Assembly: GCA_048940925.1 (NCBI GenBank)
Contig: JBHLOC010000062.1
Location: forward strand, 1-22,056
Source: Promethearchaeota archaeon
GTDB lineage: Archaea; Asgardarchaeota; Lokiarchaeia; Sigyniarchaeales; SOKP01
DNA: 22,056 bases
Reading direction: 5' to 3'
Below the pieces are notes generated by a model, which saw only the letters and a program-made list of their open reading frames with translations, was not told the origin of the DNA and did no database searches. How positions within the stretch are numbered: the first letter of the stretch is position 1; each line of letters opens with the position of its first letter. The translations under genes were made by a program, and so were the position numbers. Shown here one piece after another: positions 10,086-21,184 of the stretch.

Positions 10086-10271
10086 TTGCTTCTTCGAAAG
10101 CTTGAAGAATTTCGTCAGAATTATCAAAATTCAATTTTAATATGTAGCATATGCTCAAAATTAGACGGAGATAGAGTCTACATTCCACAGCATACACGAT
10201 GGTGTTGTACTAATTGTTTAAGGAAAAATTTTATACCTTCTTTTAGAAGAATAGAAAAATTGACTTCTTAA
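10086..10271 (+). CDS. small zinc-finger protein (CxxC...CxxC)
   Basis: CSIC and CTNC motifs. TTG start preceded by a GGAGGTG SD at 10068-10074. Confidence 0.55.
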   Translation: MLLRKLEEFRQNYQNSILICSICSKLDGDRVYIPQHTRWCCTNCLRKNFIPSFRRIEKLTS

Positions 10272-10475
10272 ATTATTTTACAGTTTTTAATGTAGCAGGT
10301 TTAGTTAGAAAGAGCAATTCTACGATAGGTTGCTTATAGCAATTGAAGAAATTCGAGAAAAGACGTATATTTATATTTTTTTGGTAAAAATTTCGGATTA
10401 AAAAATGAAGCTTTCTATACTGGAACTTCTAGATTTATAATTTTAACACGATATATCGCTATTCATAGGAGAGAC

Positions 10476-10519
10476 TCAAAAGAGTCAGAAGATTTCTAAA
10501 GAGATTTAGCTCTTTTGAG
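10476..10519. repeat. 10-bp perfect inverted repeat upstream of gyrB
   Basis: CTCAAAAGAG (10476-10485) and CTCTTTTGAG (10510-10519). Each arm is also self-complementary. Confidence 0.6.
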
Positions 10520-10650
10520 CAATGAATAAATGCACATATATTTAAAAGCATACATTACCACTAGTTACTTAGTAATTTTGTAAATTATCACACAAATTCA
10601 CTTCAGATTTGATAAATTTACCTTTACAGAAATTGTTAATATGGTTTCTT

Positions 10651-10713
10651 ATGCCTGAAGATAATGTTTATGATGCAGAGGATATCAAAGTCTTAAAAGG
10701 GCTCGAAGGCGTA
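10651..10713 (+). CDS. gyrB: DNA gyrase subunit B, exon 1 (21 codons)
   Basis: Encodes MPEDNVYDAEDIKVLKGLEGV, matching the conserved GyrB N-terminal Y-x-A-x-x-I-x-VL-x-GLE-x-V. It is in a different frame from the main ORF. Confidence 0.92.
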
Positions 10714-10766
10714 TACTCATTATTATAAATCTTTAACAAGATGCGCAATTCGCGCTGAGTCGCTAA
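10714..10766 (+). other. 53-nt candidate BHB/BHL-type mRNA intron in gyrB
   Basis: Contains a stop in each relevant frame (TAA 10726 and TAA 10764). Central helix GGCG/CGCU, bulges UA^U and AA^C, inner helix ACUCA/UGAGU. Removal restores [14 protein letters not shown]. Confidence 0.8.
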
Positions 10767-12716
<1,950 letters not shown>

Positions 12717-12764
12717 ATGTGAATTTTTTAATCTAACCAATATATTTCAAAAGGAGATTTATAA

Positions 12765-15203
12765 TTGACTTCAGAACAGATTGAAGAGATTTTATTGTCA
12801 AATGAAATGAAAACCAGTTATATAGATTATGCAATGTCTACAATAGTAGGAAGGGCTATTCCTGATGTGCGTGATGGGTTGAAACACGTACACAGACGTA
12901 TTATTTATGCTATGTCTGTGAATAATTGGACATCTGGGGGCCCTACAATAAAATGTGCCAAAATCGTGGGAGAAACATTAGGTAATTATCATCCTCATGG
13001 GGATCTAGCTGTATATAATGCACTTGTTAGGATGGGTCAGGATTTTTCTTTAAGATATCCTTTAATCCATCCCCAGGGAAATTTTGGATCTATTGATGGG
13101 GATCCGCCCGCCGCATATAGATATACGGAAGCTCGATTATCCCAAATATCAAATGAATTAATAGAAGATATAGATAAAGAAACAGTTGAGTTTCAACCTA
13201 ATTTTGATAATACTACCTCTGAACCAAACTATTTACCCGCAAAACTTCCCAACATTTTATTAAATGGTACTAAGGGTATAGCTGTAGGAATGGCTACTTC
13301 TATGGCTCCCCATAATTTAACCGAAGTTTGCAATGGAATAATAGCTACCATAGATGATCCTGAAATTTCTATAGAAGAATTAATGGAAATTATAAAAGGT
13401 CCAGATTTTCCAACAGGAGGACTCATTACTGATACAAATGGAATTTATAATGCATATACTACAGGAAATGGGACTATTAATATTAGTGGAAAGGTAGAAT
13501 CTGAAATAAAAGGAAATAAAACTAGCTTAATTATAACAGAAATTCCATATCTAGTTAATAAAACAGATTTAATTGAATCTATTGCTAAACTAATCAAAGA
13601 TGGTGTTCTTAAAGATATTAGAGATTTACGTGATGAATCCGATAGAAACGGGATGCGTATTGTTTTAGATTTATCTAGAAATGCTCAACCAGTTGTAATA
13701 AAAAATATTCTTTTTAAAAGGACTCGACTTTTAACTACATTTAATATTACTAATCTTGTTTTAATTAATGATGGGAAACAACCTAAAATTCTTAATCTAA
13801 AAGAGATAATCAATGAATATATTGACCATCGATTAATTATAATTGAAAGAAGAACCGAATATCTTCTCAAGAAAGCCGAAAATAGACTCCATAAGGTTGA
13901 GGGGCTATTAATTGCATTAAATGATATTGATAATGTAGTAAACATAATTAAAAACTCGAAAGATACTAATGAAGCTAAAGATAAATTAAAAAACACTTAT
14001 AAATTAAGTGATATTCAGGTTCAATCTATATTGAGCATGCCACTGTCTCGATTAACAAACTTAGAACAACAGAAGCTAGTTGATGAACAAAAATCGTTGC
14101 ACTCTAGTATTGAGGAATTTAGTAAGATTCTGAAAGAAAAAAAAATCCGCTTAGACATTATTAAAGATGATTTAACTGAATTAATCAAAAAATATGGCGA
14201 TGAGAGAAAGACAGAAATTCAAATGGTTGAACACTATGAAGTAAAAGAGATTGAAAAGATCGATTTAGTTAAAAAAGAACCTACTATTGTAATTTTCACC
14301 AATAATCAATATATTAAAAGAATTTCGTTAGAAGAATATCAAGCTCAAAGACGTGGAGGTCGTGGTAAAAAAGGAATGACTGTTCGTGAAGAAGATTTTA
14401 TCACTGATTTGTTTGTGTCCTCTACACATGATACTATATTAATTTTTACTTCAAAGGGTAGGGTTTATTCAATTAGTTGTTTTGATATTCCTTTACAAAA
14501 ACGTACTGCTAGAGGAAAACCGATAATTAATTTTATACCTCTCCAGTCAGGAGAAAATATTTCTGCTATGATATCCATTAACAATTTTAATACTAATGAG
14601 ATGCTTATAATGACTACACGAAAAGGTATAATCAAGAAAAGTCCATTAAGATTATTTTCAAAATTTAAAAGTACTGGTGTTAGAGCCCAGAAGATTAGAC
14701 CAGATGATGAATTAATCAGTGTAAAAAGGCTTTCTAATGAATTACAGGATATTTTTATTGCGACCAAACTTGGATATGCAGTTAGATTTGATGAATCAGA
14801 ATTGAGAGAATTAGGCAGAAATTCCATGGGAGTGAAAGGTGCTGAACTAAGGGAGGGAGATGAAGTAATTGACTGTCTCCTTGTTACAAATGATGAAATA
14901 ATTGTAACTCTAACAAAAAATGGATATGGTCAAAGAACTTATGTTAAAGAGTATAGGAAAACAGGTAGAGGTGCGAAAGGTGTAAAAAATATTACCTTAG
15001 ATAGAAGTAAAGATGATGATGTGATTGCTATTAAAATAGCAAAACATATGGACTTATTAATCGGGACAGAGCAAGGACAAGTTATTAGAGTTCCTGTTAA
15101 TTCAATAAGAATAACCCATAGAACAGCAAAAGGTGTTAGAGTTATCAAACTCTATGAAAATGACTCGGTTACTGCAATTGGTAAATGTGATAAAGAAACT
15201 TAA
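12765..15203 (+). CDS. gyrA: DNA gyrase subunit A
   Basis: GRAIPDVRDGLK, YHPHGD, catalytic AAYRYTEAR, GyrA-box QRRGGRG (14346-14366) and beta-pinwheel repeats. TTG start with AAGGAG SD. Confidence 0.97.
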   Translation: MTSEQIEEILLSNEMKTSYIDYAMSTIVGRAIPDVRDGLKHVHRRIIYAMSVNNWTSGGPTIKCAKIVGETLGNYHPHGDLAVYNALVRMGQDFSLRYPLIHPQGNFGSIDGDPPAAYRYTEARLSQISNELIEDIDKETVEFQPNFDNTTSEPNYLPAKLPNILLNGTKGIAVGMATSMAPHNLTEVCNGIIATIDDPEISIEELMEIIKGPDFPTGGLITDTNGIYNAYTTGNGTINISGKVESEIKGNKTSLIITEIPYLVNKTDLIESIAKLIKDGVLKDIRDLRDESDRNGMRIVLDLSRNAQPVVIKNILFKRTRLLTTFNITNLVLINDGKQPKILNLKEIINEYIDHRLIIIERRTEYLLKKAENRLHKVEGLLIALNDIDNVVNIIKNSKDTNEAKDKLKNTYKLSDIQVQSILSMPLSRLTNLEQQKLVDEQKSLHSSIEEFSKILKEKKIRLDIIKDDLTELIKKYGDERKTEIQMVEHYEVKEIEKIDLVKKEPTIVIFTNNQYIKRISLEEYQAQRRGGRGKKGMTVREEDFITDLFVSSTHDTILIFTSKGRVYSISCFDIPLQKRTARGKPIINFIPLQSGENISAMISINNFNTNEMLIMTTRKGIIKKSPLRLFSKFKSTGVRAQKIRPDDELISVKRLSNELQDIFIATKLGYAVRFDESELRELGRNSMGVKGAELREGDEVIDCLLVTNDEIIVTLTKNGYGQRTYVKEYRKTGRGAKGVKNITLDRSKDDDVIAIKIAKHMDLLIGTEQGQVIRVPVNSIRITHRTAKGVRVIKLYENDSVTAIGKCDKET

Positions 15204-15215
15204 GATTTTTAGACT

Positions 15216-15572
15216 TTATTTTTTAAGATAAGGAATAAGACAAAGAAAAACCAGATTATCTTCTCCTAAATTCTCAATTCCATGCCTCTCATTAGAAGGA
15301 ATATATATAAAATCATCCTTAGTTGCAATAGATCCATTTCCTTTATCATCATAGAAATTTCCTGTCCCAGACAAGATATATATTTCATGCTCCTCACTAT
15401 GAACGTGAAGTGGAACCTTACCTTTAGGTTTTATTTCAAAACGTCGTAATGCAAAATTCTTAGCCCCTAAATTTTTATCAATTAACCATCTCACATAGAC
15501 ATCTTCTACCTTGGTTCCATCCATTAAAGTGGCTTGTTTTTCTTCTACATCTTTATAATTTTTTTTTAACAT
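15216..15572 (-). CDS. cupin domain protein
   Basis: PLHVHSEEHEIYILSGTG and IYIPSNERH cupin motifs. Confidence 0.9.
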   Translation of the reverse strand: MLKKNYKDVEEKQATLMDGTKVEDVYVRWLIDKNLGAKNFALRRFEIKPKGKVPLHVHSEEHEIYILSGTGNFYDDKGNGSIATKDDFIYIPSNERHGIENLGEDNLVFLCLIPYLKK

Positions 15573-15729
15573 AAATTAAAAAAAAATCTTAATCTATTAA
15601 ACTTATATTATCCTCTTCTCTTTTCTGAATATAGAATGCAATTAATAAAAAAAAGCATGATTCTTTTATTATGATAAAAATATACAATGAATATAGAGTT
15701 TAAAAACTATAAATTATTCAATATCAAGG

Positions 15730-17109
15730 GTGAATAAAATAGATCTCACTGAACTGCTAAACCAAATCCCAGATTATAAAGAGTTCATGACTATTTCTGA
15801 GTTAGATAATTCTAGCAAAAAACTAGCTGAAGAATTTGTTCATGTAGATTTGAAAGAAATTGGTACATCACGAGAAGGCAGAACAATATATTGCTTAAAA
15901 ATTGGTAAAGGTAAAGATAATGCGCTTCTTTTTGCTTTCCCACATCCTAATGAACCTATAGGAAGCATGAGTCTTGAATTTTTATCAAATTTTCTAGCAA
16001 AAAATCCTGATTTTACACACGAAACAGATTATACATGGTACATAATTAAAGCAATAGATATTGATGGCGCTATATTGAATGAAGGATGGTTTAAAGGAGA
16101 ATTTAACCCTTATAAGTATGCTAAAAATTTTTTTAGACCTGCGGGTTTTGATCAAGTTGAATGGTCCTTCCCAATCAAATACAAAAAGCTTCAATTCACC
16201 ACTCCACTAACGGAAACACAAGCTTTAATGCAAATAATTAATGAAATAAAACCTAAATTTATGTATAGTCTTCACAACTCTGCTTTTGGAGGAGTTTATT
16301 TTTATGTTACTCATGGAAGCGGTAATTTGTTTGCTAATCTCACTGATCTTGTAAAACAAGAACATTTACCACTACATCTAGGAGAACCTGAAGCACCATA
16401 TATCAAAAAATTACATAATGGTGTTTTTCAAAATTTTGGTATTCAAAAGGCATATGACTTTTTTGAATCTAGGGGCATTGAGAATCCTCAAGAATTTATT
16501 AACGCAGGGAATACATCATTTGATTATGTTCAAAGTATTGTTGGTGAAGAGAATTTTACTCTAGTGTGTGAGATGCCCTATTTCTATCACAGTTCAATAG
16601 AAGATACTTCTCTAACTAAATTCGAAAGAAGAGATCTCTATATAAAATCTTTAGAATATCGGAAAAATGTCTATAGACATTCTAGAAAAGTGTTTAATCA
16701 TATAAAGAAATATTGCGATAAATCTACACGGATATATATTGCAGTGGGGGATTATTTTAGAAGAACACGTCCTGAACTTGAATTTGCTATTAAAGATGCA
16801 AAAACTTCCTCTATATATGATGGGAAAGCAACAGTAGCGCAAGCGTTTGATTCAAATGTCTCAAGTAGATATTATTGTCTGCTAACTGTATCAATGATTG
16901 CTAGATTATGTGAAGAGGCTATAAAAAATCACCCAGAAAATGAAGATGAGATTGCTAAAACTAAAATTAACTTAGAAAAATGGATTAAACAAAAAATTGA
17001 TGAATTATTAACTGATATTAAATTTGAAGTTATTCCAATCCAAAAACTTGTACGTGTTCAAATCGGAAGTATGTTTATCTCTTTAGAAAATTTCTCAAAA
17101 AAATTATAG
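15730..17109 (+). CDS. M14 family zinc carboxypeptidase-like protein
   Basis: IGTSREGR, HPNE (HxxE zinc motif), SLHN and late CEMPY. GTG start. Confidence 0.88.
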   Translation: MNKIDLTELLNQIPDYKEFMTISELDNSSKKLAEEFVHVDLKEIGTSREGRTIYCLKIGKGKDNALLFAFPHPNEPIGSMSLEFLSNFLAKNPDFTHETDYTWYIIKAIDIDGAILNEGWFKGEFNPYKYAKNFFRPAGFDQVEWSFPIKYKKLQFTTPLTETQALMQIINEIKPKFMYSLHNSAFGGVYFYVTHGSGNLFANLTDLVKQEHLPLHLGEPEAPYIKKLHNGVFQNFGIQKAYDFFESRGIENPQEFINAGNTSFDYVQSIVGEENFTLVCEMPYFYHSSIEDTSLTKFERRDLYIKSLEYRKNVYRHSRKVFNHIKKYCDKSTRIYIAVGDYFRRTRPELEFAIKDAKTSSIYDGKATVAQAFDSNVSSRYYCLLTVSMIARLCEEAIKNHPENEDEIAKTKINLEKWIKQKIDELLTDIKFEVIPIQKLVRVQIGSMFISLENFSKKL

Positions 17110-17239
17110 TTAAAAGGTTTTTTTTAAATTATAAATCTTTTAATGTGCTTAATAATTTTAATTGAGGTGTTTAATGAATAGAAGTATTAATTAATAGAAA
17201 AAAGAAGAAAATTTTTAGAGTTTTTGAATTATTAGAAAC

Positions 17240-18115
17240 CTACTTATCTAATATCTCAAACGGTAAGTCTTCTTCAGGCTTTCGAGATAATCTTTTAGGG
17301 CCATAATAAACAATTACTATAATTACATATATCCCTATTAAAATACCGCCAGCTAAATAAAACATCATAGTTGGTAATAATCCAAGCTTTCCTGCTATAT
17401 ATGTTCCAACGAAATTAAAACAGAAATGGAATAATACAGCAATAACTAGACTTCCCTTTGTATTATTGTATCCCCATGTTATTAGGATTGAGAGTACTAT
17501 ATTTAGGAAGATAAAGATGTAGAATGGTAGTCTAACTTCAACCAGATATAATGGTAAATGCCAAAAACCCCATAATATTCCTAAGATAACACTTGAAATC
17601 AGTGCAGAAAATCTTGATTCTAATCTAGGTAATGCATATCCACGCCAACCAGCTTCTTCATTTAAGGGACCAGTTATTAAAGAGATAAATAAATCTAAAA
17701 GAAAAATTGGTAATGTATAATTTGATGCTGGTCCTGGTGCTTCACCTCCTAAAAGAAGATAGAATAGAGCAAATATCAAAGGACCAATTATCAATAATAA
17801 TCCTGCTACATACCACAAAAAATTTACCTTCCATATTCTATATCCACTAAAAAGATTTTTAATCCCTCGCATTCCGTCATTTAAACCTGATACAATAACG
17901 GCTGATATAGTTGGTGAAGTTATTGCTAAAATTGAAAAAAACATATCTATAAAGTAGTTCTCTACAAGAATTCTAACTCCAATTTGGATAAATACAGTTA
18001 TTATCATCAAAACAAAACTGAGTGTAAAGAAAATAGTAAGATTTTTCCTATTATTTCTATAGCCAATTTTGAGCATTTGATTTTGATTTATTACTTCCTT
18101 TCTTTCAGTTGCCAT
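17240..18115 (-). CDS. CPBP (CAAX/Abi) intramembrane glutamic endopeptidase
   Basis: EEAGWRG, WGFWH and HxxxN motifs, with multiple hydrophobic segments. Confidence 0.92.
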   Translation of the reverse strand: MATERKEVINQNQMLKIGYRNNRKNLTIFFTLSFVLMIITVFIQIGVRILVENYFIDMFFSILAITSPTISAVIVSGLNDGMRGIKNLFSGYRIWKVNFLWYVAGLLLIIGPLIFALFYLLLGGEAPGPASNYTLPIFLLDLFISLITGPLNEEAGWRGYALPRLESRFSALISSVILGILWGFWHLPLYLVEVRLPFYIFIFLNIVLSILITWGYNNTKGSLVIAVLFHFCFNFVGTYIAGKLGLLPTMMFYLAGGILIGIYVIIVIVYYGPKRLSRKPEEDLPFEILDK

Positions 18116-18299
18116 TATACTTCGAATTAAAGTTAACCATATAAAAATAATAACTTAGACAACCTTCTTAAATAATTGCTAGACCAATATTTGAAAATTC
18201 TATTAAAAAGAGAATAGTAAAATTAATTATTTATATGATGATTAAATTAGTTATTAATAAATCGACATTATAAAAGAAAATAAACGAGGGCTAGAGCTT

Positions 18300-19244
18300 A
18301 TGGTCAATAAAATTATTGGATTTGATTATTCCCATAATAATAAATTGACTATTGAAAATAATGCATTTACTGATTTTATTCAATATTTATTTGATTCTGA
18401 TTTTAAACTAGGAAAGATAGAGGCAGGTATTACCTATGAAAAACTGAAAAAGTATGATCTCTTCATATTGGGGGTTCCCCATCTGGGTCCTGACTTAGAT
18501 GCTGATGAAATTAAAGATTTAGTTAAATATATTAAAGATGGGGGAAGCATTCTAGCAATAAATGATGGTGGTGGAGATTTTGAGAATAAAAATAATTTAT
18601 CTGAATTAACAAAAAATTTTGGTATATCTTTTAATGCAGATAGGTTGTATGATAATAAGTTTTTTACAAAAAAGAACTCTCATCCTATTATTCAAGATTT
18701 TGGTAGCCATTTTATAACGAGAGATATTAACAAAATTATCCACTCTAATGGATGTACTATAGATTTAGATAAATCTTATGAAGATGAGGAAATTGACATT
18801 AATAGTATCGCATACTCTTCTAAAAATACTTCATGGCATAGCTATTTCAATGGAGATGGATGGCATGATGAATCAAGACAGCACCTCCCTATTCTTGGAG
18901 TTTCTCATTATGAATTGGGAAAAGTCGTTGCGATTGGAAATTTATCGATATTCTCAAGTTTAAATAAATCATACGGTATAAATGCCGCTGACAACTTCAA
19001 ATTAGTTACAAATATAATTTCTTGGTTATTAAATAAAGCAGGTTCCAAAGAGGAACAGGCATTAAAGCCAATACTTACTACTGTGGCTATTGATCAAGAT
19101 CTTTTTTATTGGATTAAAGAAATGGTAAATCAAGGAAAATGGAAGTCCCTTGAAGAAGTTATTAATTTTGCATTGAAAGTAACTAAGATACGATTGAAAG
19201 AAGCAGAAAAAGAAAAAGAAGGATCCCAAGATGATGAAAATTGA
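18300..19244 (+). CDS. class I glutamine amidotransferase-like (DUF4350/GIFT-like) domain with a C-terminal ribbon-helix-helix-like segment
   Basis: GFDYSH, YDLFILGVP, YIKDGGSIL, FGISFNAD, GKVVAIGN and DNFKLVTNIISWL pattern. C-terminal TTVAIDQDLFYWIKEMVNQGKWKSLEEVINFAL. Confidence 0.65.
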   Translation: MVNKIIGFDYSHNNKLTIENNAFTDFIQYLFDSDFKLGKIEAGITYEKLKKYDLFILGVPHLGPDLDADEIKDLVKYIKDGGSILAINDGGGDFENKNNLSELTKNFGISFNADRLYDNKFFTKKNSHPIIQDFGSHFITRDINKIIHSNGCTIDLDKSYEDEEIDINSIAYSSKNTSWHSYFNGDGWHDESRQHLPILGVSHYELGKVVAIGNLSIFSSLNKSYGINAADNFKLVTNIISWLLNKAGSKEEQALKPILTTVAIDQDLFYWIKEMVNQGKWKSLEEVINFALKVTKIRLKEAEKEKEGSQDDEN

Positions 19245-19761
19245 TAACGAAGAATTATTAATCGGATTAATTGGAGACACCCATATTCCCTCAAGAGGCG
19301 CAGAAATTCCCAAATTCATAATAAATGATTTTAAGGAGAAAAATATTGATTATTTATTTCACCTAGGCGATTTCACTAAGCCAGAAGTATATAGAAACCT
19401 CCAAGAAACCTTCGGAGAAGATAAAGTAATTGGAATTATCGGGAATATGGACGGTCATAAACTTAGAAATATTTTGCCTGAGACTAGAGAATTTAATTTG
19501 TTTGGTCATAAAATTTTTATGACTCATGGTATGGGAGGACCACATAACATAATAAAAAGACTAAATGAAAGATATGATTTATCTAAATATGAAATTGTGA
19601 TTTTTGGGCATACTCATCATCCATTCAATGAAAGAGGGAAAGATGGAAAATTATATCTTAACCCAGGCAGTCCCACTGATAAAGTGTTCACTGATGTTAA
19701 CTCTTATGGATATTTGACAATTTCAAAAGAAAAAATTAAACCTGATATTATATATTTATAA
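19231..19761 (+). CDS. YfcE/MJ0936/Vps29-like metallophosphoesterase
   Basis: GDTHIPSR, LGD, GNMD, THG, GHTH and LNPGS motifs. Overlaps the end of the upstream gene. Confidence 0.9.
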   Translation: MMKIDNEELLIGLIGDTHIPSRGAEIPKFIINDFKEKNIDYLFHLGDFTKPEVYRNLQETFGEDKVIGIIGNMDGHKLRNILPETREFNLFGHKIFMTHGMGGPHNIIKRLNERYDLSKYEIVIFGHTHHPFNERGKDGKLYLNPGSPTDKVFTDVNSYGYLTISKEKIKPDIIYL

Positions 19762-19789
19762 AGAAATAGTTAGAATTTAGAATTGAAAA

Positions 19790-19850
19790 AGAGGATTTTG
19801 CGAATCTTCACAAATCGTTTATTATTTTGATAAAATTTGTGATATCCTCT
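19790..19850. other. imperfect long stem-loop between convergent genes
   Basis: AGAGGAT/ATCCTCT, TCACAAAT/ATTTGTGA and TTTATTA/TGATAAA pairings. Flanked by an A tract on the left and a T tract on the right. Confidence 0.5.
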
Positions 19851-19972
19851 CTTTTTAAATTTAAACTAAAGATGATTTTAACTTGTGTTTTTAAAAGAGG
19901 TTTAAAAAAACTTTTCTTATTTATTGTAACTTCCCTAAATCAGACCCATAAATCTTCCATAAGTATCTTATT

Positions 19973-20242
19973 TTAACTACTATTTCCTGGAGGTATTATG
20001 GTTCTACTCATTCCAAGTATTTTTCTACAATGTGGGCAGAAAAATATATTTGTAATCACTGTAGTTGCCATTAGTTTTCTTAAAAATTCGAAATGTAATT
20101 TCTGATACAGAGCTCCTCCTTCTCGAGAGAAAGATGCAGGATTAATGTCTTTTTCGCAATAGGGACAAATAGGAATCACAGCACCATCAAAGTCAATTGC
20201 TTCTTTTACTCTTGTCATCATTTTTTGTATAAATTTCGACAT
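19973..20242 (-). CDS. small zinc-ribbon protein
   Basis: PICPYCEK...FCPHCRKILG motifs. Confidence 0.75.
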   Translation of the reverse strand: MSKFIQKMMTRVKEAIDFDGAVIPICPYCEKDINPASFSREGGALYQKLHFEFLRKLMATTVITNIFFCPHCRKILGMSRTIIPPGNSS

Positions 20243-20527
20243 ATTTCATTATTAAACAATTTTCTATAAAAAGGTTGTTACACTTTTAGGATTGGACTTC
20301 GTGCATTCAATGGCTTTTTAGAAAAATATAAAAAAAGAAGGTGGAAGTATGTAAATGATTAAAATTTCTATTCATATCATACTCTATCAATCACTTATGA
20401 ATTTTTATATTATAAAATCGAATAAAATTATAAATGAATTTGTTTTATATTTATATTATTCTAAATAAAAGCGCTCTTTTAAAAGAGTCAGTAGGATCTT
20501 TGAATTGATACGAATAAAGAAAAATAG

Positions 20528-21028
20528 GTGTTTAATTATATGACAAGTGAGAGGAAAGAAGAACCGACTTCAAAAAGGTCTTCAATTGTGAGAATTATTG
20601 GATTTGGATTATTAATAGGTGGAATCATCTTAGTAATCTATGGAAGTATTTTTTTGATTAGAGCTAATAAAATGTTTGGAGATCCAGAAGCACCTTGGTG
20701 GGAAACAGTTTCAACAGGTAGTGGATTATTGGCAGGGGGTCTTTTCATGATTTTGCCTGCAATATTTATTCTTTTCGTAAGTGCTCAATATAGATTTCTC
20801 TCTAGAATGGGTCCTAAGACATTTGGTCTGGAGGATGATTATGAACGTTATGAGAGAATAATACAGGAAAGTTCAAAAGCACGTCCTTCTACGCCAAATA
20901 GACCAGTAAAAGTTACTCCTAATGAGGTTATGAATGGTAACCAAGTAGTTAAAATAAGATGCCAATTATGTGGTGCTCTAAACGATGAAGATGCTAAATT
21001 TTGTGATCAGTGCTCTCAACCCCTTTAA
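20528..21028 (+). CDS. two-TM membrane protein with a C-terminal zinc ribbon (start may be ATG 20540)
   Basis: Two hydrophobic helices and C-terminal CQLCGALNDEDAKFCDQC. AGGTG at about 20526 can serve as the SD for ATG 20540. Confidence 0.8.
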   Translation: MFNYMTSERKEEPTSKRSSIVRIIGFGLLIGGIILVIYGSIFLIRANKMFGDPEAPWWETVSTGSGLLAGGLFMILPAIFILFVSAQYRFLSRMGPKTFGLEDDYERYERIIQESSKARPSTPNRPVKVTPNEVMNGNQVVKIRCQLCGALNDEDAKFCDQCSQPL

Positions 21029-21184
21029 ATTAATGAATAAAGTCAATATATCAAAATGCTAAGATTTTTCCAAATATAATTAGTTTTATTTTAACTATCG
21101 AAATGTAATCTTGACACTTAAACCAAAATGCTTTTAATAAAATGAGAACTTAAAAAGAGATAATATATTATAAAAAGCTCTACT

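Noticed and set aside
10714-10766. gyrB pseudogene, IS/MITE scar, or group I/II intron
   Set aside because: The rest of gyrB and gyrA is intact, there is no target-site duplication, and 53 nt is far too short for a self-splicing intron.
19762-19972. SECIS element or selenoprotein recoding
   Set aside because: Neither flanking gene has an in-frame TGA at a Cys-equivalent position, and no convincing SECIS core was seen.
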